Below are positions 46,591 through 56,169 of a stretch of DNA of 64,000 bases, in pieces. The stretch is from positions 18,789 to 82,788 of the forward strand of contig JBAZQN010000004.1 of assembly GCA_041645165.1 (NCBI GenBank), given 5' to 3'. Origin of the DNA: Patescibacteria group bacterium. GTDB taxonomy: Bacteria > Patescibacteriota > Patescibacteriia > 2-02-FULL-49-11. A program made the position numbers and the translations under genes. The notes below the pieces were generated by a model that saw only the letters and a list, made by a program, of their open reading frames with translations, made no database searches and had not been told where the DNA came from. Within the stretch, counting starts at the first letter, position 1. The number at the start of each line of letters is the position of its first letter.

Positions 46591-47559
46591 TCATAACTTT
46601 TTAAATACCGCTAAAATTGCCCCGCGCTTCAGATGACTACTCCCTCCATCGCCTACTGTCTGCCAATATCTCTCCAATACGAATTGCGGAAACAATCCGC
46701 GTAATTGATCGATGGTATAGCTTCTCGTGAGAAAGCGTTCTCTTCCGGCACGCATCTCAACTGCCCTGATCGTGTGTACTTCGGTGATTGCCCACTGCAC
46801 CACGTCCATGCATTCATCCATAAATTGATACAGCCACGGATTATCCCTATAAAGTTCCAGAGTATAGTCATCATCAATTGCCTGTCTCACGCCTATCACC
46901 AGATAATCGCCGGGAACGAGAAACCTCGTGAACATCGCAGCTGCCATTTGCTGGTCAGGAAAATTACTTAAGGTATTACCGATGAGAAAATAAACATACG
47001 ATTCACCATCTATGCATATTGGTAGCTCCCCTAAATGTTGGAAGTATCCATGCACGCCACGACTGAGTATTGCTCCCTTAGATTCAGGCCGCACTGACTT
47101 GCTTACCTGATACACTCCCGCAAAAAAATAATCAAGAAATAACGAATTAAGATCAATCGCTTCTACGAGTAAGGGCTTACTGTTATCCGCAGAAACCACA
47201 CAATATTCAACGATTTTTATTTCTACGTCCCCCGTGCCAACTCCCAAGAAAGACATTACTCTTCCGTGTGTCCTACGATTGAGCCACGGGAGTGCCTTCT
47301 CTATTAACGGCAACTCCTGCAAAACCGAACTATATGGATTGACACAGGCAGGAAGTGCGAGCCAAAAAACGCCGCGTTTCTCAAAATGTTCCTCCACGGC
47401 ACTCCTGTCCCAATATTCGCCAAGTTGCGTATACCGAGGAATGCTTTGCGCCTTGATTTTCTCAAATAATACTTGCGCCGGCTCAAATCCGCCTATTCTC
47501 GTAGGAACGCCCTCTGAGCACAGGTGATTATTTCCTTCGCTATTTACAATATTTACCAT
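46591..47559 (-). CDS. SAM-dependent methyltransferase, EgtD-like (Methyltransf_33)
   Basis: MSFLGVGTGDVEIKI (cf. ELGSGTSEKT), YFLIGNTLSNFP (cf. FLGSTIGNL) and LVPGDYLVIG (cf. LQPGDSLLLG) align by recall with histidine N-alpha-methyltransferase family motifs. Confidence 0.55.
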   Translation of the reverse strand: MVNIVNSEGNNHLCSEGVPTRIGGFEPAQVLFEKIKAQSIPRYTQLGEYWDRSAVEEHFEKRGVFWLALPACVNPYSSVLQELPLIEKALPWLNRRTHGRVMSFLGVGTGDVEIKIVEYCVVSADNSKPLLVEAIDLNSLFLDYFFAGVYQVSKSVRPESKGAILSRGVHGYFQHLGELPICIDGESYVYFLIGNTLSNFPDQQMAAAMFTRFLVPGDYLVIGVRQAIDDDYTLELYRDNPWLYQFMDECMDVVQWAITEVHTIRAVEMRAGRERFLTRSYTIDQLRGLFPQFVLERYWQTVGDGGSSHLKRGAILAVFKKL

Positions 47560-47672
47560 ACGGCGTAGTATATCTCTGTTAATTATTTCGACAATAAAAT
47601 TTTATTTATTTCGCTAAAATTAAAGAAAATTAACCACCTCCAACTTATTATGTAGAAATAAATTACAACTAT

Positions 47673-48404
47673 ATGCGCCATATAGAATCCATCCTTCATA
47701 CCCTCGGATTCAATAAAAAAGAAGCAAGGGTGTACCTTGCTTCCCTAAGGCTCGGACAAGCGCCTGCGAGTGAAATCGCGCGGGAAGTAACTCTTAACCG
47801 CGTGACTACCTATGAGGTGCTCAAGCGTCTGGTACACAGAGGCCTCGCCTCGGTTACAGAACAAAAACACGTAAAATATTTCAGCGTCTTGGGGCCTGAC
47901 AAGCTTTTCCAGCATTTCAAAACGAATATGGATGCACTGCAACAACACATGAAAGAACTCCTCTCCCTCACGCAAGGGAAAGGAGCGCGGCCGCGGGTCT
48001 CTTTCTATGAGGGCGCAGAAGGCTTGCGGGACGTCTACCGCGATTTTCACGCCTACCGCAATAGCGAAGCGCTCTCTTTTACCAACTGCAGAGCGCTCTA
48101 CGAAGGAATAGGCAAAAATTTCCTGTACCAAACCTACAAGAACCGACAGGCGCTCGGCATCACCGTGAGATCTCTCTGCCCTGACAATCCTGAAGATATT
48201 GCAGAGCAGCGGCAAGACGCGCGCGCGTCACGCCGCATCAAATTATTTCCCCACGAGAAATACCGCATCCCCAACGAAATGATCGTGTATGCGGATAAAG
48301 TGGCGCTCATGTCTTTCACCGACAAAATATCTATCGTGATAGAAAATAAAGAAATCGCAGAATCACTGCGAACGATCTGGCACATGGTTTGGGATCGGTA
48401 CTAA
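47673..48404 (+). CDS. TrmB-family HTH transcriptional regulator (paralog C)
   Basis: LGFNKKEARVYLASLRLG..ASEIA. It ends in WDRY like paralog B (WDRL). Confidence 0.7.
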   Translation: MRHIESILHTLGFNKKEARVYLASLRLGQAPASEIAREVTLNRVTTYEVLKRLVHRGLASVTEQKHVKYFSVLGPDKLFQHFKTNMDALQQHMKELLSLTQGKGARPRVSFYEGAEGLRDVYRDFHAYRNSEALSFTNCRALYEGIGKNFLYQTYKNRQALGITVRSLCPDNPEDIAEQRQDARASRRIKLFPHEKYRIPNEMIVYADKVALMSFTDKISIVIENKEIAESLRTIWHMVWDRY

Positions 48405-48422
48405 ACGCTTTCGTTATAATAT

Positions 48423-50507
48423 TTAACGTCGCATGGTTTTGATTACTTTGCCGAGGATGCCATCCGCATTATCTCCCTCTTCATCGATATCTATCATGCC
48501 TGCATCGTCGCCCCCGCCGTCTTCGATCATCCACCGCTGGTAGACCTTTTTAGGTAATTCGCGCACAAAGAGCGAAGGGCGGCCGAGGAGGTAGCCTGAA
48601 GACAGATATGAGGTTTCAGGATAGGTGAGGATGAGCTCTTCCTGCGCCCTCGTCACCGCAACGTAAAAAAGCCGCCGCTCTTCTTCCAGCTCCTTTCCCC
48701 GCTCAAGCGTGCGCGCATTGGGAAAATGCCCGTCCACCAATCCAATAACAAACACTGTCTTCCACTCAAGGCCTTTCGCCTGATGGATGGTGGAAAGTAT
48801 CAGTTTGTCCTCATCCTGCGCCATGGACGCCCCCTTCACTTCTCCGCGGAATCCCTCGCCCAACGCCGCATCCGCGAGAAGCGCGGACAAGTCCTGATAG
48901 CGGTTCGCAAAATTGGCAAGCGTTTCCAAATCAAGGATCCTCTCTTCCGCATCGTCAAACGCATCCTTTGCATATTCCCGATAACGGCGCGCCAAGACTG
49001 CAGTAATAATCTCACCCGGCCCTTTAACCGCGGATATGGCAAATGCCCGCAGATCATCCCATACTTCTCCCACGCCCCGCTCAACGCGGGAAGAAAGACC
49101 CTGCATTTCCTTCATCTCATCAGCGATCGTGAGATATTGATCAGGCGACTGTTTCACCAGGCGCCAAATGCGGTCTGCGGTTTGCGCGCCGATGCCTTCG
49201 TAGAGCTGCAGCACCCTGCGCCACGCAAGCTCATCTGCAGGGTTTGCCAAAATCCTCACATACCCCAGCACGTCTTTGATATGCGCCTGCTCAAAATATC
49301 TTAAACCTCCCCGCTTCAGGTAAGGAATATCGTGTTTGGCAAGCTCAAGCTCAAGCTCGAGCGTCTGATGCGACGCGCGGAACAGCACCGCCATGTCATG
49401 GAGGCTCATGTGCGCTTCTGCGCGCGCGAGCACCTGCGCGACCACATAGGACGCCTGAGCTTCAGGATCCGGCGCGGATGCCAAAAGAGGCACGATGCCT
49501 GACTTGCGCGAAGTGCGCAGCTCTTTTTTATAACGTGCGGAGTTATGCCGGATGCTCTCGTTCGCAAGAGTGAGTATCTCCGGCCGGGACCGGTAATTTG
49601 TTTCAAGGCGAAACACTTTCGCCTTGGGATAGCGGTCGGTAAATTCCAAAATATTCCCTATGTCAGCGGCGCGGAATGAGTAAATCGACTGCGCGTCATC
49701 GCCCACCACCAGGAGATTCCCATGCACCGAGGCGAGCAAGTGGGTAATCCCCGCCTGCAGGCGGTTCGTATCCTGGTACTCGTCCACCAGCACGTACTTG
49801 AACCGCGACGAGAGCTTTTCCCGCACCTGCGGGAATTGTTCCAGCAGCCGCAGGAGATTCACCAAGAGATCGTCAAAATCCATCGCGTTCATCGCGCGCT
49901 TCTTCTCCTCATAGGCGCGCGCAAACTCGGGGAAAAAATTCTTAAATTTTATAAACTGCGGATAATGGTCATCTATCGCGTGTTCAATCGATATGCCGCT
50001 GTTGGCGGCAAAGGAGAGCACGCGGCGGACGGCGTCTGCTTTCGGGAATACGCTGCCGGCGGCGTGAGGCCCTTCTGTTACCAGAACTGACCGCATCAGC
50101 CGCTCCGCGTCATCCTCGTCCAAAATCTGGAATTGGGGCTTGAAATCAAGCTTCCCCGCATACACGCGCAGGATGCGGTTGGCGATATGATGGAAAGTGC
50201 CGCCCCATAAGCCCTTCACCTCGCCCTTCACGAGCGCGGCGGCGCGGGACAGCATGGCATGCGCTGCCTTATTCGTAAACGTCAATAGCAGGATGCGGTC
50301 GGCAGGCGTGCCGTGCGCGATGAGCCACGCCACCCGATACACCAGCGTCCGCGTCTTGCCGGAACCCGCGCCCGCGAGCACGAGACAAGGCCCCTCCGCA
50401 TCCCGCACCACGGCGAATTGTTCAGAATTGAGTTCATTTTTATAATCAATGTCCGCACGCTCCCTCGAAAGGGGTCCCGCGTGTCGTTGACTGCTTTGTA
50501 CATCCAT
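48423..50507 (-). CDS. UvrD/PcrA/Rep-family ATP-dependent DNA helicase. Start set to MDVQSS, which has TATAAT-like upstream support
   Basis: Walker A AGAGSGKTRTL. Motifs LTFTNKAA, VDEYQDTN, GDDAQSIYSFRAA and the C-terminal VTRAQEELIL. Confidence 0.85.
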   Translation of the reverse strand: MDVQSSQRHAGPLSRERADIDYKNELNSEQFAVVRDAEGPCLVLAGAGSGKTRTLVYRVAWLIAHGTPADRILLLTFTNKAAHAMLSRAAALVKGEVKGLWGGTFHHIANRILRVYAGKLDFKPQFQILDEDDAERLMRSVLVTEGPHAAGSVFPKADAVRRVLSFAANSGISIEHAIDDHYPQFIKFKNFFPEFARAYEEKKRAMNAMDFDDLLVNLLRLLEQFPQVREKLSSRFKYVLVDEYQDTNRLQAGITHLLASVHGNLLVVGDDAQSIYSFRAADIGNILEFTDRYPKAKVFRLETNYRSRPEILTLANESIRHNSARYKKELRTSRKSGIVPLLASAPDPEAQASYVVAQVLARAEAHMSLHDMAVLFRASHQTLELELELAKHDIPYLKRGGLRYFEQAHIKDVLGYVRILANPADELAWRRVLQLYEGIGAQTADRIWRLVKQSPDQYLTIADEMKEMQGLSSRVERGVGEVWDDLRAFAISAVKGPGEIITAVLARRYREYAKDAFDDAEERILDLETLANFANRYQDLSALLADAALGEGFRGEVKGASMAQDEDKLILSTIHQAKGLEWKTVFVIGLVDGHFPNARTLERGKELEEERRLFYVAVTRAQEELILTYPETSYLSSGYLLGRPSLFVRELPKKVYQRWMIEDGGGDDAGMIDIDEEGDNADGILGKVIKTMRR

Positions 50508-50682
50508 GGTGTTAAGTGGTATAGTATTAATGAAACTATTATACCTTAATTTTGAATTTTTCATTGTTTTAAGGTATATACCCGCTAAATTTTGTCCCAC
50601 CTATCGCGGGCGACAGATTAAATATCTTCAAAAACGAAAACTTATTAATAACGCACGTACTACGTGCAAAACTTAGGCGGGT

Positions 50683-51726
50683 ATGACTCCTTCCATTGAC
50701 ACCATCTTTAAACACGCGGTGGACGAGGGCGCCTCCGACATCCATCTCATGGTCGGCAAGCCCCCCATCATCCGCATTGACGGCCTCCTGAAAGATACCG
50801 ACTTTCCCCTCCTCTCCCATAAAGTCATCGACGACCTCATCTCCTCAATGCTCAATGAGCACCAGCGGGAGATTTTTCTTTCAGAGAAGGAGTTTGATTT
50901 TTCCTATGAACTGCCAAACGTCTCCCGGTTCCGCGTCAACCTCCATGTGGAGCGGGGAAATCCCGCGCTCGCGGCGCGCGTGGTGTCCGCGCGCATCCCC
51001 ACCATGGAAGACCTCCTGATGCCGGAAGTGGTCTATGAGCTGGTGCGCCTGCCGCAAGGGTTAATTCTCGTGACCGGCCCCACCGGCTGCGGCAAATCAA
51101 CGTCGCTTGCGGCCATGGTCAACCTTATTAATGCGGAACGCCGCGCCCATATCATCACCTTGGAAGACCCGATTGAATTTTTGCACACGAGCGACAAATC
51201 CATCATCAAGCAAAGGCAATACGGCACTGATTTCCTTTCGTTCGCGGAAGCGCTGAAACATGTCCTGCGCCAGGATCCCAATGTTATCATGGTGGGCGAA
51301 ATGCGCGATTTGGAAACGGTCGCGGCAACCATCACGCTCGCGGAGACCGGCCATCTCGTGCTTGCCACCCTTCATACCTTGAACGCGGCGCAGACCGTCG
51401 ACCGCATCATAGACATCTTCCCGCCCTACCAGCAAACCCAAGTGCGGCTTCAGCTCTCCCTTTCCCTGCGGGGTGTCATCTCGCAGCAGCTCCTCCCGAA
51501 AAAAGGTGCGGGCCGCGTGGCATCACGGGAAATCCTCATAAATAATCCCGCAGTATCGAACCTCATCCGCGAAAATAAAATCGCCCAGATCAAATCCGTG
51601 ATACAAACCTCAGCGGAAGACGGCATGGTGACCATGGATCAGGACCTGAAACGGCTCTATAAGGAACGCGTGATTGAACACGAGGTGGCGGTCGCCCACA
51701 TGCTCGACCCGCACCTGCTCGATTAG
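50683..51726 (+). CDS. pilT: type IV pilus retraction ATPase
   Basis: ASDIHL, Walker A GPTGCGKST, Walker B IIMVGEMRD and the AHxxA-like HTLNAAQ. Confidence 0.9.
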   Translation: MTPSIDTIFKHAVDEGASDIHLMVGKPPIIRIDGLLKDTDFPLLSHKVIDDLISSMLNEHQREIFLSEKEFDFSYELPNVSRFRVNLHVERGNPALAARVVSARIPTMEDLLMPEVVYELVRLPQGLILVTGPTGCGKSTSLAAMVNLINAERRAHIITLEDPIEFLHTSDKSIIKQRQYGTDFLSFAEALKHVLRQDPNVIMVGEMRDLETVAATITLAETGHLVLATLHTLNAAQTVDRIIDIFPPYQQTQVRLQLSLSLRGVISQQLLPKKGAGRVASREILINNPAVSNLIRENKIAQIKSVIQTSAEDGMVTMDQDLKRLYKERVIEHEVAVAHMLDPHLLD

Positions 51727-51868
51727 TCTTAAAATTAAAATGGAGAATCATTCAGTGTATTTCCGTATAAACTTCGGGTATTTCCGTGAGAGAAGCTTAT
51801 ACACTGAATGCACACGGAACTTCCACTGAACGACACTGAAAAAATAATTCATCCTTGTCTTTAAATAT

Positions 51869-52855
51869 ATGCCTCCCCGCACTGCACCCCATCCCGCGCA
51901 CCACGAGGCGCTTGCCGCGCTCCGCACCCTGCCCCTTGCTACAGGACTTTCAGAAGGGGAGCTTGCAACCTTGTCTGAATACCTGACCTCTGCCAGTTAC
52001 CCGAAGGGGAAAGTGGTATTCGAGCAGGGAGGAAGGCGCGATGCGCTTCTCCTTATCACGCAAGGGCGCCTTTCTATCTATAAAGAATTTGGCGATGCGC
52101 CGGAAGTGTTTGCCGTGCTCCATCCCGGCAATTTCTGCTGCGAAGAAGCGCTTACTGACCAACGCTCTGTCCATTCAAAAAGCGGCCAAGCGCTTGATGA
52201 ACTGAAAACGCTTGAGCTTACCTACACCGCGTTTCGAGCGCTGTCATCAGAGCACCCGCGCCTGGCCATATTTCTCCTTGAAAAACTCCTGCAATCGGTG
52301 GCCGAGAGGCTCCACCATACTGATAATAGGCTCATTACTCTCTACCACACCGGCCGCATCATCAGCATCACGCTTCCCCTTGAAGAAATGGGGCGCCAGA
52401 TCCTCGCCGCGCTCCATGAGGTGATCCGCGCAAAGCGCTCGCTCTTCGTGTCATTCCTCCCGTCCCTCAACCGCATCCTGCTTCTCGCGCATTATGGATT
52501 CGCCGTCCCGCCTTTCGGCGGCGAGGACCACATCCCATTAAGCCAAGATCCGGTGCTCGGGCTCATCGCCGCAAATAACGCGACCATCCTGGTCACGAGA
52601 GACAGCCCTTTGCCTCATACCGTCGACGTGGCGTACACGAGCCCCTCCATGGTAGGCGTACCGATCAAGGAGGAGGGGAAAACCATAGGCGCGATCCTGA
52701 TGCTCGATAAGCAGAACGATGAATTTAATCTTAATAATGTGATGCTCCTTGAAATCGTCGCGCGGCAAATCGCCGGCGCCATTACCGAAGGGGAAGCGCT
52801 CCACCGCCATCAGGCAGAGGAGGAGCTCAAAAGAGTTTACATCAGACCATTTTAA
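51869..52855 (+). CDS. cyclic-nucleotide-binding domain protein with C-terminal GAF-like domain
   Basis: cNMP-binding beta-roll FEQGGRRDALLLITQGRLSIY. A C-terminal GAF-like region. Confidence 0.55.
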   Translation: MPPRTAPHPAHHEALAALRTLPLATGLSEGELATLSEYLTSASYPKGKVVFEQGGRRDALLLITQGRLSIYKEFGDAPEVFAVLHPGNFCCEEALTDQRSVHSKSGQALDELKTLELTYTAFRALSSEHPRLAIFLLEKLLQSVAERLHHTDNRLITLYHTGRIISITLPLEEMGRQILAALHEVIRAKRSLFVSFLPSLNRILLLAHYGFAVPPFGGEDHIPLSQDPVLGLIAANNATILVTRDSPLPHTVDVAYTSPSMVGVPIKEEGKTIGAILMLDKQNDEFNLNNVMLLEIVARQIAGAITEGEALHRHQAEEELKRVYIRPF

Positions 52856-52883
52856 AACTGGAAAATGAATAGGGGACACACTG

Positions 52884-52920
52884 ATCCATCCCTTGGGGGT
52901 GGATTTGATTTTTTGAGCAT
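52884..52920 (+). terminator. Rho-independent terminator (atccatccc-ttg-ggggtggat followed by a T-run)
   Basis: Hairpin followed by ttgattttttga immediately after the cNMP/GAF gene. Confidence 0.45.
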
Positions 52921-52941
52921 ATCGTTATACACTGCTGCCGC

Positions 52942-53013
52942 GCCCTCGTGGTGAAATGGATATCACAACAGGCTTCGGACCTGTTGTTGGGGGTTCGAAT
53001 CCCTCCGAGGGCA
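52942..53013 (+). tRNA. tRNA-Arg (anticodon TCG), no encoded CCA
   Basis: Manual cloverleaf: acceptor GCCCTCG/CGAGGGC, D-stem GTGA/TCAC, anticodon stem ACAGG/CCTGT with loop CTTCGGA, T-arm GGGGG-TTCGAAT-CCCTC. Confidence 0.7.
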
Positions 53014-53139
53014 TAGTGGTTCGCCCGATCATACGATCGGGCGTCAGGTCGCATGACCTGACGACTCCCTCCGGACGCACTAATAAAATGGTGGAAAACA
53101 TTTATTAACCATAAATTAATATTTAAAGCTAAAAATTAT

Positions 53140-53757
53140 ATGAATACGAATCAAAAAGGTTTTATTAATAATATTTTAGTCGTAGTAATTATTGTGCTCG
53201 TCGTAGGGGTAGCTGGCTATTTTGCTATTATAAAAAAGCCGGAACCGATTACTCAACAACCAGTACCAACTCTGACTCAAACGACCGCCCCAACAAATAC
53301 TCTTGTAGTTCCGACACCGACAACAATAGATGAAACTGCAAATTGGACAATATACAATAACCCTGGGTTAAATTTTTCAATTAATTATCCTAATGACTTT
53401 CAGCTTACAGAGGATAATGCGACGAGTAAATTGTTTTCTGGTACAGATGGGCATTTTTGGATTTTTGTAGAAAATAATACAAAAAATTTGGATGCGGCCG
53501 GAATAAAGGATGACTATTACAAACATGATGAATATGGGTATCAATATCAAGATACTTTTGTCAAAGTTGCAGGCGCTAATGCATACAAGCAGGGACGATA
53601 TGATTTAGGTGTCATAGAAAGATATTATATTCCAAAAAATGGCAAGATTTATAAGGTTGGATTTGAATTTAACTTCGACACTCCTAATCAAAACATAAAA
53701 GAAAATAAAATAAATTTGATAAGAAATATAATCTCGACCTTTAAGTTTGAAAATTAA
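53140..53757 (+). CDS. hypothetical membrane-anchored protein, AT-rich, between two tRNA genes
   Basis: N-terminal TM anchor ILVVVIIVLVVGVAGYFAII, then a T/P-rich linker and an N/K/Y-rich domain. Composition differs from the flanks. Confidence 0.5.
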   Translation: MNTNQKGFINNILVVVIIVLVVGVAGYFAIIKKPEPITQQPVPTLTQTTAPTNTLVVPTPTTIDETANWTIYNNPGLNFSINYPNDFQLTEDNATSKLFSGTDGHFWIFVENNTKNLDAAGIKDDYYKHDEYGYQYQDTFVKVAGANAYKQGRYDLGVIERYYIPKNGKIYKVGFEFNFDTPNQNIKENKINLIRNIISTFKFEN

Positions 53758-53844
53758 GTTTGTTTTTCTGAATTGTAAAAGAGTTTGCCACAAAAAAACT
53801 TGTCATGCCAGAGGCAGATCCGCCTCCGGCGGAAAATTGTCAGC

Positions 53845-53873
53845 GGTGCGGCTCCGCCGCACCCTGCATTTTT
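53845..53873 (+). terminator. Rho-independent terminator (ggtgcggc-tcc-gccgcacc followed by T7)
   Basis: Clean 8-bp GC stem plus ctgcatttttta. It lies inside the spurious ORF 53805..54029. Confidence 0.45.
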
Positions 53874-54037
53874 TACGGAGGGTTCTCGCCGCCGCAGGCG
53901 GTGAAAGCGGTTCGCACTAATCCAAAAATAGAGCAAATGAAACATATGGAATGGCTGAATGTTATTTTTCTCATTGGCTCTACAGACATTTATGGGAGTA
54001 ATCCACGGTACCTCGAAGCGCGGCATTAGTACTTTAT

Positions 54038-54200
54038 CCCCCTCATAATATAAGAGGGGTGTGGGGAGTTATGAGTGTTGCGTGAAAAAGGCTTTTGTGT
54101 GACAAAAAAGAGGCAGGCCCGTTCATTTATAACTCACCCCCTCCCTTATCTTAAGGGAGGGAATTAGCAGGTCGCTCACCGTACCCCTCTTACTAACAGA
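54038..54200. repeat. cluster of GC-rich palindromes (ccccctcataatataagagggg; ccctcccttatcttaagggaggg; half-copy cccctcttactaa) upstream of tRNA-Lys
   Basis: It shares aactc(a)cccct...cccctcttact flanks with 40176-40260. Confidence 0.7.
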
Positions 54201-54270
54201 AAAGTCAGATGAAACCATAAATCAAAGAAGGATTGCATGAATCATAAGATATTGATAGAGTAGGTGTTGT

Positions 54271-54346
54271 GGGTCGCTAGCTCAATTGGCAGAGCAGGGG
54301 CCTCTTAAGCCCAAGGTTCTGGGTCCGATTCCCAGGCGACCCACCA
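54271..54346 (+). tRNA. tRNA-Lys (anticodon CTT) with encoded CCA
   Basis: Acceptor GGGTCGC/GCGACCC. D-arm GCTC-AATTGGC-AGAGC. Anticodon loop CTCTTAA. T-arm CTGGG-TCCGATT-CCCAG. Terminal ACCA. The first anticodon-stem pair is a mismatch. Confidence 0.65.
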
Positions 54347-54538
54347 TTTCTACCATAAACGGCGCAAGCCGTTTCTTTGTTTGTCAAACACCTGCATTAC
54401 CCGCTACAATGCATATATCATAAACTATCTGCGTGAATCCGCGTTCGACCGCATTACGGTACCAACTCTGTGTAAAACGGATGCAATTGCGGCCGACCAT
54501 CTGCGTTAATCTGCGTAAAATTTTTCTTGTATCTTGTT

Positions 54539-56086
54539 ATGCTTACCCATACGGCTAAACCACTTGTCCTCATCATCCGTGACGGATGGGGCGTCGCGCC
54601 TCCCGGCCCGGGAAACGCCGTAGCGCTCTCGCGCACGCCGCACCATGACGAGTACCGCAAAAAATACCCGTTCGCGCTCCTTGAAGCGTCAGGCGAGTCA
54701 ATCGGCCTCCCGCCAGGTTTCCATGGAAATTCCGAAGTGGGGCACCTTACCATGGGCGCCGGCAGGCCTGTCAAACAAGAGCTCACCTTTATCCACGAGG
54801 AAATTGCCTCTGGCGCTTTTTTCCGTAATAAAAAACTCATCGATGCATTCGCCTCGTGCCGCGATAAGGGAAAAACACTCCACCTCATCGGCATCCTGCA
54901 GGACGCCGGCGTACACGCGCATGAGGAGCATCTCTGGGCGCTCCTCACCCTTGCGCAGCAACAACGCGTCGAACGTATGTATGTGCACGTACTTGCCGAC
55001 GGCAGAGACTCGCCGCCGCGCAGCGTACTCACGTTTTTAAAAAAACTGTCTGCACGTTTCCCTTCAGTGCCTGTGGGCACGGTCGCCGGGCGCTACTGGC
55101 TCGACCGCGCAGGCCATTGGCCGCTCATAGAAACGCTCTATCGCGCCCTTGTCTTCGGCGAAGCGCTTACCGCTAAAACCGCGGAAGACGCCGTCCAGAA
55201 TGCGTACCGCAATCACCGCACGCCAGACGGACAGCCCATGGTCGATGAATATATTCCTCCTTACCGCATTGGAAATTTTGAAAAAATAGAAGAAGATGAT
55301 ACCGTCTTCTTTTTCAACTTCCGCCAAGATCGCATGATTCAGCTCACCAAAGCATTTGTGGAACGTAGGTATGGAGGCCCGCCTGTGCGTTTCATCGCCC
55401 TCACGCGCCCCTATGACGAATTTCATAATTTTATATTTGCCCCTCATGAAGAAACGCAGACGCTCTCTCCCGTGCTGGGGGAAGTTTTAAGCGCCCATAA
55501 CGTGCGACAACTGCGCATCGCGGACAGCCAGAAATTCCGCCATGTAACCAGTTTCTTAAACGGCAAGCGCATTACACCGTTCCCGGGCGAGGATCGGCTG
55601 GAAATAAAAGTAGGGCCTTCTGCCCAGTACCGGGAACGGCCCGACATGGGAGCCATTGAAATCGCGGCAATCGCTCCTCCGGTCATCCGCCATAGCGTTT
55701 ATGATCTTATTATTATTAATTTTGCCAACTGCGACATGGTGGGGCACGTGGGTGACCTTCCGCTCGCGGTAAAAACAGTGGGTATCGTGGACCGCTGCGT
55801 GGGCGCGCTCGTGGAGGCCGCGCTTCTCTCGGGAGGCGAAGCGCTCTTAACTGCTGACCACGGCAACATCGAGCAAATGCATTATAATGGCGACCAAAAT
55901 GCGGTCTGCACGGCGCATTCCGCAAATCCCGTGGAATGCTTCTATATTTCCCACACCCCCCAAGGCACGCTCTCGCCGCAGGGATTCCTTTCAAGCATCG
56001 CGCCTACGGTGTTGGATCTGCTTGGTATTCCCATCCCTCCCGAGATGACGAGCCCGAGTCTTCTGGTAAGAAATAATATAAGTTGA
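54539..56086 (+). CDS. gpmI: 2,3-bisphosphoglycerate-independent phosphoglycerate mutase
   Basis: LIIRDGWG, the catalytic Ser region GNSEVGHLTMGAGR and the C-terminal metal-binding ADHGN. Confidence 0.9.
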   Translation: MLTHTAKPLVLIIRDGWGVAPPGPGNAVALSRTPHHDEYRKKYPFALLEASGESIGLPPGFHGNSEVGHLTMGAGRPVKQELTFIHEEIASGAFFRNKKLIDAFASCRDKGKTLHLIGILQDAGVHAHEEHLWALLTLAQQQRVERMYVHVLADGRDSPPRSVLTFLKKLSARFPSVPVGTVAGRYWLDRAGHWPLIETLYRALVFGEALTAKTAEDAVQNAYRNHRTPDGQPMVDEYIPPYRIGNFEKIEEDDTVFFFNFRQDRMIQLTKAFVERRYGGPPVRFIALTRPYDEFHNFIFAPHEETQTLSPVLGEVLSAHNVRQLRIADSQKFRHVTSFLNGKRITPFPGEDRLEIKVGPSAQYRERPDMGAIEIAAIAPPVIRHSVYDLIIINFANCDMVGHVGDLPLAVKTVGIVDRCVGALVEAALLSGGEALLTADHGNIEQMHYNGDQNAVCTAHSANPVECFYISHTPQGTLSPQGFLSSIAPTVLDLLGIPIPPEMTSPSLLVRNNIS

Positions 56087-56169
56087 GTCACGCCACAAAT
56101 CATGATACTATGCATAAGTCAATTCAGTTTCGCATGAATCCAATTTTTTAATCCGCGCCTCTCTATCCT

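Noticed and set aside
53805-54029. 74-aa ORF downstream of the AT-rich gene
   Set aside because: It contains a strong intrinsic terminator inside it (53845-53873) and GC-palindrome repeats, with no RBS. Likely non-coding.
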